Below, one piece after another: positions 40,370 through 50,203 of a stretch of DNA of 64,000 nucleotides. A program made the translations under genes and the position numbers. The stretch comes from an uncultured delta proteobacterium (lineage in GTDB: Bacteria; Desulfobacterota; Binatia; HRBIN30; BPIQ01): positions 64,001 to 128,000 of the forward strand of contig CAVXGR010000004.1 of the NCBI GenBank assembly GCA_963761335.1, given 5' to 3'. The number at the start of each line of letters is the position of its first letter. Within the stretch, counting starts at the first letter, position 1. The notes beneath the pieces were generated by a model that saw only the letters and a list, made by a program, of their open reading frames with translations, made no database searches and was not told the origin of the DNA.

Positions 40370-42160
40370 TCAGAAATGCGCCCACCACGGAGTCGGCACG
40401 TCCTCTCCCTTGTCGACCACGACGTTGCGAGACTCGAGGAGAGTGCCCTCGGCGAGCCGCAAGCGGGCGAGATCGACGTTGTAGCCGGTCAGTGACTGCA
40501 CCTCGGCGGCCTGCGCCTGGGTCAGCTGGTTCTGGAAGTCGAGAAGGTCCTTGGTGGTTGCCAGCCCGACGTCGTAGCGCGCTTGCTGGTTGCGGACGTT
40601 CTCCTCGGCGAGCTGGCGCGCGATGCGCGTCGCCTCGATGCTCTTCAGGTCGCTCAGCAGGCTGGTGACGGCGCTCTTCACCTCCAGGGTCACCGACTCC
40701 TGCTCCTGCTGCAGCTGCCGCTGCGACGACTCCAGGTCGATGCGCGAGCGGGCGTAGTCCGCCTTTGCCTGAGCGTTGCCGATGGGGATCTCCAAGGTCA
40801 CTCCGGCGCTGTACGAATAGTAGCGCCCATCGAAGGAGCGATTGAGGGAGTCCTCGTAGGGACCGTTGTACGGGTTCACCAGGGTCGTGACCTCGCCGGT
40901 GGTGGCGTCGGTGGTCTGCGTCACCACGCGCCCGCCGCTGAGACCGTTGGTGCCGAGCGTGCCGACCGCGTTCAGGCGCGGCAGCAGCTGGTTCTCCGCC
41001 ACCTTGAGCATCATGCCGCTGCCCTTGATCGCCAGCTGTGCCGCGATCAGCTCGGGCCGGCTCTGCAGGGCCGTCGACAGGCTGCGCTCGAGGTCGACGT
41101 CGTAGGGGACGACCTTGGGCTCGTCGGCCGGATCGATCATCACCAGGGCGTTGGTTCCGGGCTCGCGGTAGTTGAGCAGGGCCCGCAGGTTGTCGCGGGC
41201 GAGCTCCTGCGCCGTGTGCGCCTGGATCAGGTTGGCGTCGAGCCGCGCCACGTCGGCGCGGGCCTCGAGGACCGCGGTCTGCGGCAGTGTGCCGACATTG
41301 TACTTGCCCTCGTTCTGCCGCTGCAGCTCGCGCGACGCCGCCAGGCCCTTTTCCTGGACGCGGATGTTCTCGATCGCCTGCACCAGGTTCCAGTAGGCCT
41401 GCTCCACCTGCAGGATGATCGAGGCCACCTGCGCCTCGTACTGGTAGATGGATTGCTCGCGGGCGTTGCGGGCGACGCGCACCAGCAGGGTGCTGAAGCG
41501 CCAGCCGAAGTCGCGCAGCAGGGGCTGGTTCAGGGAGAGGATGAAATTGGTGGTGTACTGCGGCGAGAGCCGCGTGAAGGAGGAGTTGGTCGTCAGTCGG
41601 TTGTTGCGCCAGCTCAGCGACAGCTGGCCGCCGCTCAGCAGGGTCTTGCGCACCCCGCCGTCGACGTTGATGTTGTGGGCGCTGTTCACCGGCGGGCCGA
41701 GGAGGGCGAGCGTGCCGACCAGAGACGCCGGGACGCCGGTGCCTTCGGGCCGCAGATACGAGCTCGACAGCTGCGCCGCCCGGTCGTAGCTGAAGTCGCC
41801 GTAGAGGGTGGGATCGAAGATCGCCTGCGAGCTGCGCACCTGCTCGCGCGCCGCCAGCGGGCCGAGCCTCTGGATCTTCAGATTGGTGTTGTTGGCCAGG
41901 GCCATGGCGATGGCCTCTTCGAGCGTGAGCGAGCGGCTCTTGGCCGTCTCGCGCAGCAGGCCGTAGTGCTCGAGACCACCGGGATAGAGCTCGACGTTCG
42001 AGGGCACATCCTTGCCACTCCACTGATCCGCCAACACTTTGGCGTAGTTCGGTGTCTCTTGGAGCAGGTTGATCTCGGGCTCCGGCTCTCCGGCGCCAGC
42101 GCCGAAGGCGGAGGCCGCGACGCACACCACCGCAATCCACAGTACCGATCGTCTAATCAT
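40370..42160 (-). CDS. TolC family outer membrane protein
   Basis: Signal peptide, LTLEEAIAMALANN, QPLLRDFG, VEQAYWNL, two OEP repeats. Confidence 0.92.
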   Translation of the reverse strand: MIRRSVLWIAVVCVAASAFGAGAGEPEPEINLLQETPNYAKVLADQWSGKDVPSNVELYPGGLEHYGLLRETAKSRSLTLEEAIAMALANNTNLKIQRLGPLAAREQVRSSQAIFDPTLYGDFSYDRAAQLSSSYLRPEGTGVPASLVGTLALLGPPVNSAHNINVDGGVRKTLLSGGQLSLSWRNNRLTTNSSFTRLSPQYTTNFILSLNQPLLRDFGWRFSTLLVRVARNAREQSIYQYEAQVASIILQVEQAYWNLVQAIENIRVQEKGLAASRELQRQNEGKYNVGTLPQTAVLEARADVARLDANLIQAHTAQELARDNLRALLNYREPGTNALVMIDPADEPKVVPYDVDLERSLSTALQSRPELIAAQLAIKGSGMMLKVAENQLLPRLNAVGTLGTNGLSGGRVVTQTTDATTGEVTTLVNPYNGPYEDSLNRSFDGRYYSYSAGVTLEIPIGNAQAKADYARSRIDLESSQRQLQQEQESVTLEVKSAVTSLLSDLKSIEATRIARQLAEENVRNQQARYDVGLATTKDLLDFQNQLTQAQAAEVQSLTGYNVDLARLRLAEGTLLESRNVVVDKGEDVPTPWWAHF

Positions 42161-42493
42161 CGCAACTTCCTTCTACCCGATTGGCCGGCCGGCGCGAGTG
42201 CCGGTTGGCGTGGGTGCCCGCGCCAGGGGGCTCGCGGCGCGCAGCACTCGAACGCTTAGCATGCCGCCGCTTGTCGGTCACGCCGTGGCGGCGAAAGCCA
42301 AAGAGATGTCCGGAATCGAACGTCGGCGGCAAACGCGTAGCGCGCTTTCGCCGGCGGCGCCGGCCCCGACATGGCGGCTGACGGACGAGGCGCCATGTCG
42401 GACCGCCGGTCGCCGGGCCTTCTGCATGCCGCCTCTCATGCGCAGCCGCAGCCGGCGACCAATCGGCCGCGGATCAGCGCTCTGACTCGCCAT

Positions 42494-42510
42494 CTGGCAC
42501 GTGGCTCGCA
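42494..42510 (+). promoter_or_regulatory. Candidate sigma-54 promoter
   Basis: CTGGCACGTGGCTCGCA: GG(42496-42497)-N10-GC(42508-42509). Confidence 0.55.
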
Positions 42511-42566
42511 CTGCGCCGGAGCATTCGATGAGTTGTGGAGGCAGTCAGGTGCGACGGGAGATTTCC

Positions 42567-44333
42567 ATGCGAACGCTGCGATCCGGCTGCCCGTGGCGGT
42601 GGCTTCTGGCGGCGTGCTGGCCGGTGCTCACCGTCGTCTTGCTGGCTCTCGCTGCCAACGCCGGCGCAACCACCTTCGCGGTCGGCAGCGATGCCGACAT
42701 GCTCGCCGCCGCAGACGTCGTCGCCGTCGTCGAGATCGACTCGGTGCAGGCGGTGCCGGCGCCGGCGGGCGGTATCGACACGCTCGTGCAGGCGCACCTG
42801 CTCGAGCTCCTGCACGGTGCGGCGCCGCCGCCGGTCTTTTTCATCCGCGAGCCCGGCGGGGCTCTCGATGGGCGGCGGCGGACCGTCATCGGCGCTCCGG
42901 CGCTGGCGCCGGGCGAGCGGGCGCTGGTCTTCCTGGGCGAGCTCGGTGACGGAACCTACGCCGTCGCCGATCTCGCCATGGGCGTCTACCGGGTGCTGTC
43001 GACGGCGGGCCAGGAGCTGGCGATCCGCGATTTCGGTGGCGCCGTCGCCGTCGCCGTCGGCCGTCGGCGTGCGGGTCTTCGCCGCTCGCGCGAGGTCCGC
43101 CGTTTGGCCGATCTGACCGCTTCCCTGGCGGCGGGAGGGTCAGCGGAGGAGCCGCAGGTGCAGCCGCTTCCCGATCTGCCGCGCCAGTTCAGTGAGGCCT
43201 TCACGCTGCTCAGCTCGCCGCCGGCGCGCTGGACCGAGCCGGACAGCGGCGCGCCCATCACCTACGCGGTCTACGCCGGCGCTACCGGTCTCGACGCGGT
43301 CGGCGCCGTCGACGAAGCTCTGGCGGCGTGGTCGGCGGTGGACTGTGCCGACATCCAGCTGGTGCGCGGCGCCGGCGCGGGCGCCGCCCCGTTCAACGCC
43401 TGCGACGGCCGCACTCAGATCGTCTTCGGCGACCCCTACAACGAGCTGACGCCGCCGCGGAACTGCAGCGGCATCGTCGGCATCGGCGGCTATTGCTCGA
43501 GCACCTCGTCCACCACCGAGGTCGGTGGGGTCACCTACGACCGCATCACCGAGGCCGACGTGGTGATCAACTCCGGATTCGAAAGCTGCCCCATATGGAA
43601 TGACGTCAACCTCGCCGAGGCGGTCACACACGAGATCGGCCACACCGTCGGGCTGGGGCACAGCTCCGACGACCCGAACGAGAGCGATCCGCGGCTCCGC
43701 GACGCGACCATGTACTATCGCTCTCACTTCGACGGCCGCGGGGCGGCGGTGATGGCCGACGATCGCGACGGCCTCTGCGCGCTCTACCCGCACCAGCCCC
43801 TGCCCGACAGCGATGGGGACGGCATTGCCGATGCCCGCGACAATTGCCCCGATATTCCCAACCCGGGGCAGGAAGACGCCGATCGGGACGGGGTGGGTGA
43901 TCTCTGCGATCCGCTGACTCCGAAACGGTCGCTGCTCTACGCCGGCACGCAGCGCCATTCAGTCGACTCACGCGTCAAGCTGAGCGGCACGGTCCGCCTG
44001 GGCGCGTCATTCGATCCGTGGAGCGACGGCTTCAGCGTCGAGGTGCGCTCCGCCTCGGGGATGCTCTATCGCACCTCCGTCCCCGCGGGCGGTTGGCGCC
44101 CCAACGGGCTGGGAACGGCGCTGCGCGCCTGGAACCGCGGCCCGCGCATGATCGAGCGCATCACCCTGCGGCGTATCGGTCCGGGCGTCTACGATCTGCA
44201 GATCCTCGCCCACGGCGCCGTGGTGGCCAACGCCTCGCCGCCCCCGGTCACCCTCTCGGTGACCCTCGGCAGGCTGAACGCCAGCCAGTCGCTCACGCCT
44301 CGCCTGGCGCAGGGGAGCCTGCTGTTCCCGTAG
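42567..44333 (+). CDS. Secreted matrixin metalloprotease with thrombospondin type-3 repeats
   Basis: HEIGHTVGLGH, Met-turn DATMYY, DSDGDGIADARDNCP..NPGQEDADRDGVGDLCD. Confidence 0.88.
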   Translation: MRTLRSGCPWRWLLAACWPVLTVVLLALAANAGATTFAVGSDADMLAAADVVAVVEIDSVQAVPAPAGGIDTLVQAHLLELLHGAAPPPVFFIREPGGALDGRRRTVIGAPALAPGERALVFLGELGDGTYAVADLAMGVYRVLSTAGQELAIRDFGGAVAVAVGRRRAGLRRSREVRRLADLTASLAAGGSAEEPQVQPLPDLPRQFSEAFTLLSSPPARWTEPDSGAPITYAVYAGATGLDAVGAVDEALAAWSAVDCADIQLVRGAGAGAAPFNACDGRTQIVFGDPYNELTPPRNCSGIVGIGGYCSSTSSTTEVGGVTYDRITEADVVINSGFESCPIWNDVNLAEAVTHEIGHTVGLGHSSDDPNESDPRLRDATMYYRSHFDGRGAAVMADDRDGLCALYPHQPLPDSDGDGIADARDNCPDIPNPGQEDADRDGVGDLCDPLTPKRSLLYAGTQRHSVDSRVKLSGTVRLGASFDPWSDGFSVEVRSASGMLYRTSVPAGGWRPNGLGTALRAWNRGPRMIERITLRRIGPGVYDLQILAHGAVVANASPPPVTLSVTLGRLNASQSLTPRLAQGSLLFP

Positions 44334-44426
44334 TTTCAGAGGCTGTCTCAAAAGCTGGGCAAAACGACTCCGCCGGCCCGCGGAAGCGGCGAGACGCCGC
44401 TCTACTGGAAAGGCGCGCCGCGCGGG

Positions 44427-45713
44427 CTACAGCTCTATCTGCCAGTAGCGCCAGAACGACAGGGTGTGCGCCAGGCTGCCGGCGATCCACACGGCGGCGA
44501 GCCGGCGGAAGGCGGCCGGCGACAAGCTCTCGGCGGCGACTAGCACGGCGAGAAAAGAGATCGCCAGCGGCGCCAGGGTGAAGATGTCCCAGTCGGGCAG
44601 ATAGCCGAAGACCGGGAACCAGGTCACCGATAAAAACAGACAGCCGGCGGCGCCGAGCGCCAGCCAACGGCGGGTGACGTCGTGCGCCCGCGCCAGCGCC
44701 TCGGGCAGACACAGGACGGCGACGGGAGCGAGAAGAAGAAGGCAGTTGATGATGTCGAGCGCGTGCGTGGCGCTGAAGAAATCGTAGCCGCAGTTGGTGA
44801 TGCAGTACGCTTTGAACCACTGCCAGGGGGCGGCGACGTTTCCCCAGGCTCCTCCGGCGACTGGGGCACCGGAGCGCACGTAGGCGGCCATCGCCGCCAG
44901 CGGCGCGGCGAAGGCGGCAATGCCGGCGGCGGCGCGGCGGAAGCCGCTCGTCCACCAGGCGTACACCTGTGCCGGCAGCCAGCAGAGAACGGCGCCGTGC
45001 ATCAGGGCCGCGATTGCCAACACGGCGCCGGCCGCGGCGGAGAGCACCGCCCTGGGCTCGCGCAAGGCGCGGGTTCCGAAATAGACGTACCAGAATATCA
45101 GCGCCAGCGACTTCGGAGTCCCCTTCTCGGGGTAGCCGCAGAACAGGACCATGAATCCCGAGGAGGCGATCATGGCGAACGCCAGCGGCCACTGCTCGCA
45201 GACCTCCCGGCACCAGAGAAAGAGCGCGGCCGCGGCCGCGGCGCCGCAGGCGACGCTCACGGCGGCGAATGCCGTCGACGGGCGCAGACCCGCGGCGAGC
45301 GCCCAGTGGTGCGTGTAATACGAGGTAAACGCTCCGAGCGGCTCGGCGCTCTCCACCGTCCACCACGGCGCCGACGTGCTGTCGATTCCGTGGAGGTCGC
45401 CAAACCAACGGTCGACGCGAGCGCTCCAGAAGAGGACGGCGGCGCCGCCGGCGATGACCAGGCTCCAGCGCAGCGGGCGCCGCACGCGCACGGCGCAGGA
45501 GGGCAGCAGCCAGCCGAGCCCTTCGGCGACGATCATCAGACCGCTCAGCGCCAGGGGCAGGTAGTGCCACTCATATCCGGGGAAGTAGTCGCGGACGCCC
45601 GTCCACAGCCAGCCGTCCAGCCCCCACAGCCAGCCGGCGTACCCGGGAGTCAGGGACGCGGCTGCGCCGAAGAGCAGGATCACCCCGATTCGCCACGGAG
45701 TCCCCCGAAGCAC
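44427..45713 (-). CDS. Polytopic membrane protein, possibly GT-C glycosyltransferase-like
   Basis: About 11 TM segments; FGD, GYPE and DWDIF acidic loop motifs. Function inferred only. Confidence 0.6.
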   Translation of the reverse strand: MLRGTPWRIGVILLFGAAASLTPGYAGWLWGLDGWLWTGVRDYFPGYEWHYLPLALSGLMIVAEGLGWLLPSCAVRVRRPLRWSLVIAGGAAVLFWSARVDRWFGDLHGIDSTSAPWWTVESAEPLGAFTSYYTHHWALAAGLRPSTAFAAVSVACGAAAAAALFLWCREVCEQWPLAFAMIASSGFMVLFCGYPEKGTPKSLALIFWYVYFGTRALREPRAVLSAAAGAVLAIAALMHGAVLCWLPAQVYAWWTSGFRRAAAGIAAFAAPLAAMAAYVRSGAPVAGGAWGNVAAPWQWFKAYCITNCGYDFFSATHALDIINCLLLLAPVAVLCLPEALARAHDVTRRWLALGAAGCLFLSVTWFPVFGYLPDWDIFTLAPLAISFLAVLVAAESLSPAAFRRLAAVWIAGSLAHTLSFWRYWQIEL

Positions 45714-45778
45714 TTTGCCTTTTCGCCTCCGCCGTTGTGTGACAGATTATCGAGGGCGGAACAAACCGAGGAGGCGAT

Positions 45779-46378
45779 ATGCGCGAGATCATTCCCGAGG
45801 TCTGGACCTGGCCGTGGTTCTCGCAACCCCACGGCTACAACTTCAACGGCTACCTCGTGGTGCAATCCGGGGGCAACCTGTGCATCGACCCGGTCGAGCC
45901 CACGGCGGAGGATCTCGAGGAGCTGCGCCGCCGCGGCGTGGGCACCATCGCCCTCACCAATCGCAACCACATGCGCGCCGCCAACGCGGTGCGCGACGCC
46001 TGCGGAGCCTCCACCCGCATGCACGCCGCTGATGCCGAGTACGCGCGCGCCCAAGGGGCGGTGATCGACGGCGAGCTGGTGGCGGGCGAACGGCTGGGGC
46101 CGTTTGTCATCGTCGCGGTTCCCGGCAAGTCCCCCGGCGAGGTGGCGCTGCACTGGCCCGAGCGCCGCGTCCTGGTGGTCGGCGATGCCGTCATCGGCAA
46201 TCCGCCCGGCCACTGCACCCTCCTGCGCGAAAAGGTCATGGACGATCCGCCCTGTCTCCGGCGCAGCGTGCGCCAGCTGCTCGACCTCGACTTCGACATC
46301 CTCTTGACCGGCGACGGCGCTCCAATTCTCGCCGGCGCCAAGGAGCGGCTGAGAGACCTGGTGAAGAGCTGGGGTTGA
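45779..46378 (+). CDS. MBL-fold metallo-hydrolase-like protein
   Basis: FNGYLV, CIDP, LTNRNH (degenerate metal motif), VVGDA. Confidence 0.8.
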   Translation: MREIIPEVWTWPWFSQPHGYNFNGYLVVQSGGNLCIDPVEPTAEDLEELRRRGVGTIALTNRNHMRAANAVRDACGASTRMHAADAEYARAQGAVIDGELVAGERLGPFVIVAVPGKSPGEVALHWPERRVLVVGDAVIGNPPGHCTLLREKVMDDPPCLRRSVRQLLDLDFDILLTGDGAPILAGAKERLRDLVKSWG

Positions 46379-46470
46379 GGTGGCGAGGTGTTGAGGTGCT
46401 GAGGTGCGGGTACCGAGTGCGGGTGCCGAGGTGTTGGGTGTTGAGGTGTTGAGGTGTTTGGTGTTGAGGA
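46372..46470. repeat. Degenerate octamer array (GGTGTTGA)n
   Basis: Begins at the stop codon; same unit as 6622-6690. Confidence 0.75.
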
Positions 46471-46489
46471 GTTTGGTTCGGGCCGGGGC

Positions 46490-46650
46490 GAGCCCCCGAA
46501 GGGGGCGCGGGCATGTAGCCCCGGGTCGAAGACCCGGGGACGACGGGGCGGTCGTTGATCGAGCCCCCGAAGGGGGCGCGGGCATGTAGCCCCGGGCGCA
46601 GCCCGGGGACGACGGGGCGGTTTCCTCGAGCGCCCCGTCAGGGGCGCGGG
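46490..46650 (+). repeat. Two 71-bp direct repeats plus a partial copy of the GTAG REP-like unit
   Basis: GAGCCCCCGAAGGGGGCGCGGGCATGTAGCCCCGGG-loop-CCCGGGGACGACGGGGCGG at 46490 and 46561. Confidence 0.8.
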
Positions 46651-46661
46651 ACCGCTCCTCG

Positions 46662-47243
46662 TCAACCGTCCCGCGAGAGCATCGCCTCGACGTAGCGGGC
46701 GATGATGTCGGTCTCGATGTTGACGATGTCGCCGGGCTTCTTGGCGAGAAGATTGGTGTGCTCCTGGGTGTACTGCACCAGCGAGACGGCGAAGGAGTCC
46801 GGGGTCTTGTCGACGATCGTCAGGCTGGCCCCGTCGATGGCGACCGGACCCTTGGTCACCATGTAGCGCAGCAGCTCCGGGGGGGTGCGGAAGCGCGCGA
46901 TGATGGCCTCGCCCTCGGGCGTGAACGACTCGATGGTGGCCACGCCCTCGACGACGCCGCGCACGATGTGGCCGCTCAGACGGTCGGTCGGACGCACCGA
47001 GCGCTCGAGGTTGACGCGGTCGCCCCGCACCAGCCCTCCCAGGCTCGAGCGCCGGTAGGTCTCGGGCATGACGTTGGCCGCGAAGGTGTCGCCGGCGATG
47101 TCGGTGATCGTCAGATCGACTCCGTTGATGGCGATCGAGTCGCCCAGGTGCGCGTCCTCCAGGATGCACCGCGCCCGAATGCGCAGATCCCCCGGATCCG
47201 CCCCGACGATCTCGCCCACCTCCTCGATGATTCCGGTGAACAT
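46662..47243 (-). CDS. ribE: Riboflavin synthase (alpha type)
   Basis: MFTGIIEE, GDSIAING, VNLER, VNIETD. Confidence 0.93.
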   Translation of the reverse strand: MFTGIIEEVGEIVGADPGDLRIRARCILEDAHLGDSIAINGVDLTITDIAGDTFAANVMPETYRRSSLGGLVRGDRVNLERSVRPTDRLSGHIVRGVVEGVATIESFTPEGEAIIARFRTPPELLRYMVTKGPVAIDGASLTIVDKTPDSFAVSLVQYTQEHTNLLAKKPGDIVNIETDIIARYVEAMLSRDG

Positions 47244-47250
47244 GGCGGGC

Positions 47251-47742
47251 CTAGCGGGTCTCCAGCGGCCGGGCGGTGGCCGGCGGCTCGTGCTTGATGC
47301 GCAGCAGCTCGACCTCGAAGGTCAGCCGCGCGTTGGGCGGTACCAGCGAGGGGATGCCGCGCTCTCCGTAGGCGAGCTCGGGCGGGATGATCAGCCGGCG
47401 GGTGCCTCCGACCCGCATGGTGTGCACACCTTCCTCCCATCCTTTGATCACCTGGTGAGCGCCGATCTTGAAGCCGAAGGGCTTGCCGCGCGGGCGGGAG
47501 CTGTCGAACTGAGTTCCATCCTCGAGCCATCCCGTGTAGTGTAAAATACAAATGTCTCCGTCCTGCGGCATTTCGCCCGTTCCCGGAATGATATCGGCGT
47601 ACTGCAGGCCGGAGGATGTGGTCACCAAGTTGCCCTCGGGCACCGGAGTCTCCGCCGCGGCAGTGGGCGGCGGCGTCTCCGCGGCTCTTCCCAGAGCCGG
47701 CAGCATCAGCATGGCTGCAAGCGCAAACGCCGTGGTACGCAT
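47251..47742 (-). CDS. FKBP-type peptidyl-prolyl isomerase with signal peptide
   Basis: HYTGWLEDGTQFDSS, VIKGWEEG, IPPELAYG, FEVEL. Confidence 0.93.
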   Translation of the reverse strand: MRTTAFALAAMLMLPALGRAAETPPPTAAAETPVPEGNLVTTSSGLQYADIIPGTGEMPQDGDICILHYTGWLEDGTQFDSSRPRGKPFGFKIGAHQVIKGWEEGVHTMRVGGTRRLIIPPELAYGERGIPSLVPPNARLTFEVELLRIKHEPPATARPLETR

Positions 47743-47874
47743 GACAGAGTTTCCCTCGCCGGAAGAGTGCACCGTAATGGCGCGGGCGGCGTGCGTCAAG
47801 GCGCCCCGGAACCCCGGCGCGGCAGTGGACTGAGCGAATCGCATCGACGGTTGCCGCGGAGAGGTGAGGGGGGA

Positions 47875-49131
47875 ATGAGGCCGCATACGCCTGTGTGGGG
47901 GAGCGGTGCCCTGCTGTTGCTGGCGGTGCTTCTGCTGGTTGCGCCGGCGTCCATGGCGCTCGTCGATCTGGAGCAGGAGGAGGACATCTCCAACCTGTTG
48001 CCGAACAGCTTTCCCGTCGGCGACGGTCGCGAGACGGTCGCCGAGCGCTCCTGGGCGATCCTGCCGCAGGTGGGCTTTGGCCCGGACACGGGACTGGCGG
48101 CCGGGGTCAAGTTCACCGACCGCAACACTTGGGGTACCGGGGTGGTCTTCGACCTGGACGGCACCGTCGCCGTCGAGGGGCAGCAGTCGCTGGCCTTCTC
48201 GGTGGCGTCGCATACGCTGTGGGACGGGAGGCTGATCTTTCTGCTGCGCGGCAAGTACGACCTCGACCCGCAGCGGGAGTTCTTCGGGCTCGGGAACAAC
48301 GACGTCGGCCCCGATCCACTCACCACGCATCTGTTTCAGGAAATCGGCGGCGCCGTGACCATCGGCTATCGCCCCTTCGAACGGCTGGCCTTCAACTTCT
48401 CCATCGGCGTGCGCGACGTCGATATCCGCCGCGGCGAGCGGCGGTGCTGCATCATGTTCACGCCGGACGCGCCGGAGTTTGCCGATCTGCCGGGAATCCA
48501 GGGCGGCATGACCAACCCGATCGCGCTCTCGCTGGTGTGGAACACCCGCGACGACGTCATGCGGCCGTCGCGCGGCTGGCGTGTCATCTTGAAGGCGATT
48601 CACACCGACAAGACGCTCTTCAGCGATTTCGAGTTCACCCGCTACATTTTCGATGCGGGCTACCTGCGCGCCGTTCTCCCCAAGCGGCGCATGGTCCTGG
48701 GCCTGCGTGTCAACGGCGAATGGATCGACGCGCCGAGCCGTGACATCCCCTTCTGGGAGCTGACCGAGCTCGGCGGCGCCGACTCCCTGCGCGGCTTCTA
48801 CCCGCACCGCTTCCTGGGCAAGGGCCGATTACTGCTGAACGGCGAGAGTCGCTTCAAGCTGGTCGACTTCAACTTCTTCGACTGGTGGCAGGTCCGTATC
48901 GACGGCGTCGTCTTCGCCGACGGCGGACGCGTCTTCATCGATCGCGGCGATCTCAAGGACGAGTTTCGCCTCGACAGCGAGATCATCGGCCGCGTCATCG
49001 ACAACTTCCAGTACGATTACGGCGGCGGCATCCGCATTGGCCTCTCCGAAGCGCTGGTGGCGCGTATCGACGCCGGCTTCAGCGACGAGAACACTGGGCT
49101 CGTCTATCTGACCTTCGGCCAGACCTTCTGA
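47875..49131 (+). CDS. BamA/TamA (Omp85) family beta-barrel protein without POTRA domains
   Basis: LGGADSLRGF, YGGGIR, C-terminal LTFGQTF. Confidence 0.85.
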   Translation: MRPHTPVWGSGALLLLAVLLLVAPASMALVDLEQEEDISNLLPNSFPVGDGRETVAERSWAILPQVGFGPDTGLAAGVKFTDRNTWGTGVVFDLDGTVAVEGQQSLAFSVASHTLWDGRLIFLLRGKYDLDPQREFFGLGNNDVGPDPLTTHLFQEIGGAVTIGYRPFERLAFNFSIGVRDVDIRRGERRCCIMFTPDAPEFADLPGIQGGMTNPIALSLVWNTRDDVMRPSRGWRVILKAIHTDKTLFSDFEFTRYIFDAGYLRAVLPKRRMVLGLRVNGEWIDAPSRDIPFWELTELGGADSLRGFYPHRFLGKGRLLLNGESRFKLVDFNFFDWWQVRIDGVVFADGGRVFIDRGDLKDEFRLDSEIIGRVIDNFQYDYGGGIRIGLSEALVARIDAGFSDENTGLVYLTFGQTF

Positions 49132-49166
49132 GTGGACGCGGCCTCTCGCCGCGCCCATTCTCTTCC

Positions 49167-49544
49167 TCAGCCGCCGGGCTTCTCCACCGGATACCCGGCT
49201 TCCGTCCAGCCACGCCAGCCTCCATCCATCGAGCAGACGTTGCGGTAGCCCATCTTCTGGAGATTGTCGGCGGCCAGTGCCGAGCGGTAGCCGCCGCCGC
49301 AGTAGAGGACCAGCGGCGCCTCGCGGTCCGGGAAGAGCTCCTCGATGTCGCGCTCGATGATGCCCTTGCAGAGATGCCGGGCTCCGGGGAGGTGGCCGCG
49401 GAGCCACTCGCTCTCCTCGCGCACGTCGACCAGGTGAAACGGCTCGCCGCCGTCCAGTCGCAACTTGACATCGCCGACGGTGAGCTCGCGGATGCGGCCG
49501 CGCGCCTCGTCCACCAGCGCCACGAAAGCGGCTGAATGCTTCAT
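49167..49544 (-). CDS. Rhodanese-like sulfurtransferase
   Basis: DVREESEW..GHLPGA, YCGGGYRS, MDGG. Confidence 0.92.
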   Translation of the reverse strand: MKHSAAFVALVDEARGRIRELTVGDVKLRLDGGEPFHLVDVREESEWLRGHLPGARHLCKGIIERDIEELFPDREAPLVLYCGGGYRSALAADNLQKMGYRNVCSMDGGWRGWTEAGYPVEKPGG

Positions 49545-49575
49545 CTGTTCATTTCACCCCACCGAGCCACCGAGC

Positions 49576-50133
49576 TCAGTGCACCCCCGGCCCCATCTGC
49601 AGCATCTGCGGGTCGATGCCGAGTCCGCGGATGCCGGCATCCCACATGTCATCGGCCGCGGTCTCGAAGACCAGGCGCAGGTCGATGGGCGCGGTGAGCC
49701 AGGCCGATTGCGCCAGCTCCGCCTCGAGCTGCCCGGCTCCCCAGCCGGCATAGCCGAGGAGAAACCGATAGCGATCCCGAGCCGGCGGCTGTGCTTTGAG
49801 GCAGAGGCGCAGGGCATCGCGCGACGCCGAGAGAAAGAGCTCGTCGGCGATGACGATCCGGTCGGAGGTCGCCGGGTCGTCGGCGCTCAGGATCCAGGCG
49901 CGACTGGTCTCCACCGGGCCGCCCACCCATACCTTGACGTCGCTCTCGGACGGCATGGTCTCGTCCAGCTCGACGATCAAGGACACCAGCGTCGTCGTCG
50001 GCCGATTGATGACCAGGCCCATCGTGCCCTCGGCGGAATGCTCGCAGAGGAGCACGACGGAGCGCGCGAAGTTCGGGTCCTGCATCTGTGGCATCGCCAG
50101 CAGCAAGCCCGGCGCGAGCGATGAGCGATCCAT
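49576..50133 (-). CDS. yqgE: YqgE/AlgH family protein
   Basis: DPNFARSVVLLCEH, GLVINRP, GGPV, GYAGWGAGQLEAE. Confidence 0.93.
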   Translation of the reverse strand: MDRSSLAPGLLLAMPQMQDPNFARSVVLLCEHSAEGTMGLVINRPTTTLVSLIVELDETMPSESDVKVWVGGPVETSRAWILSADDPATSDRIVIADELFLSASRDALRLCLKAQPPARDRYRFLLGYAGWGAGQLEAELAQSAWLTAPIDLRLVFETAADDMWDAGIRGLGIDPQMLQMGPGVH

Positions 50134-50203
50134 GGCTTCCGTGGTACGGCACTACCGAATGGAAGGCAAGATGGTTGTCGCCGTGCGCGGGCGGGGCGCC
50201 GCG

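Noticed and set aside
46490..46650. Direct repeats as a CRISPR array
   Set aside because: Only about 2.3 units, no unique spacers of regular length, no cas genes; matches the dispersed REP-like family.
47244..47260. FMN riboswitch upstream of riboflavin synthase
   Set aside because: Only 7 bp separate it from the upstream FKBP gene, leaving no room.
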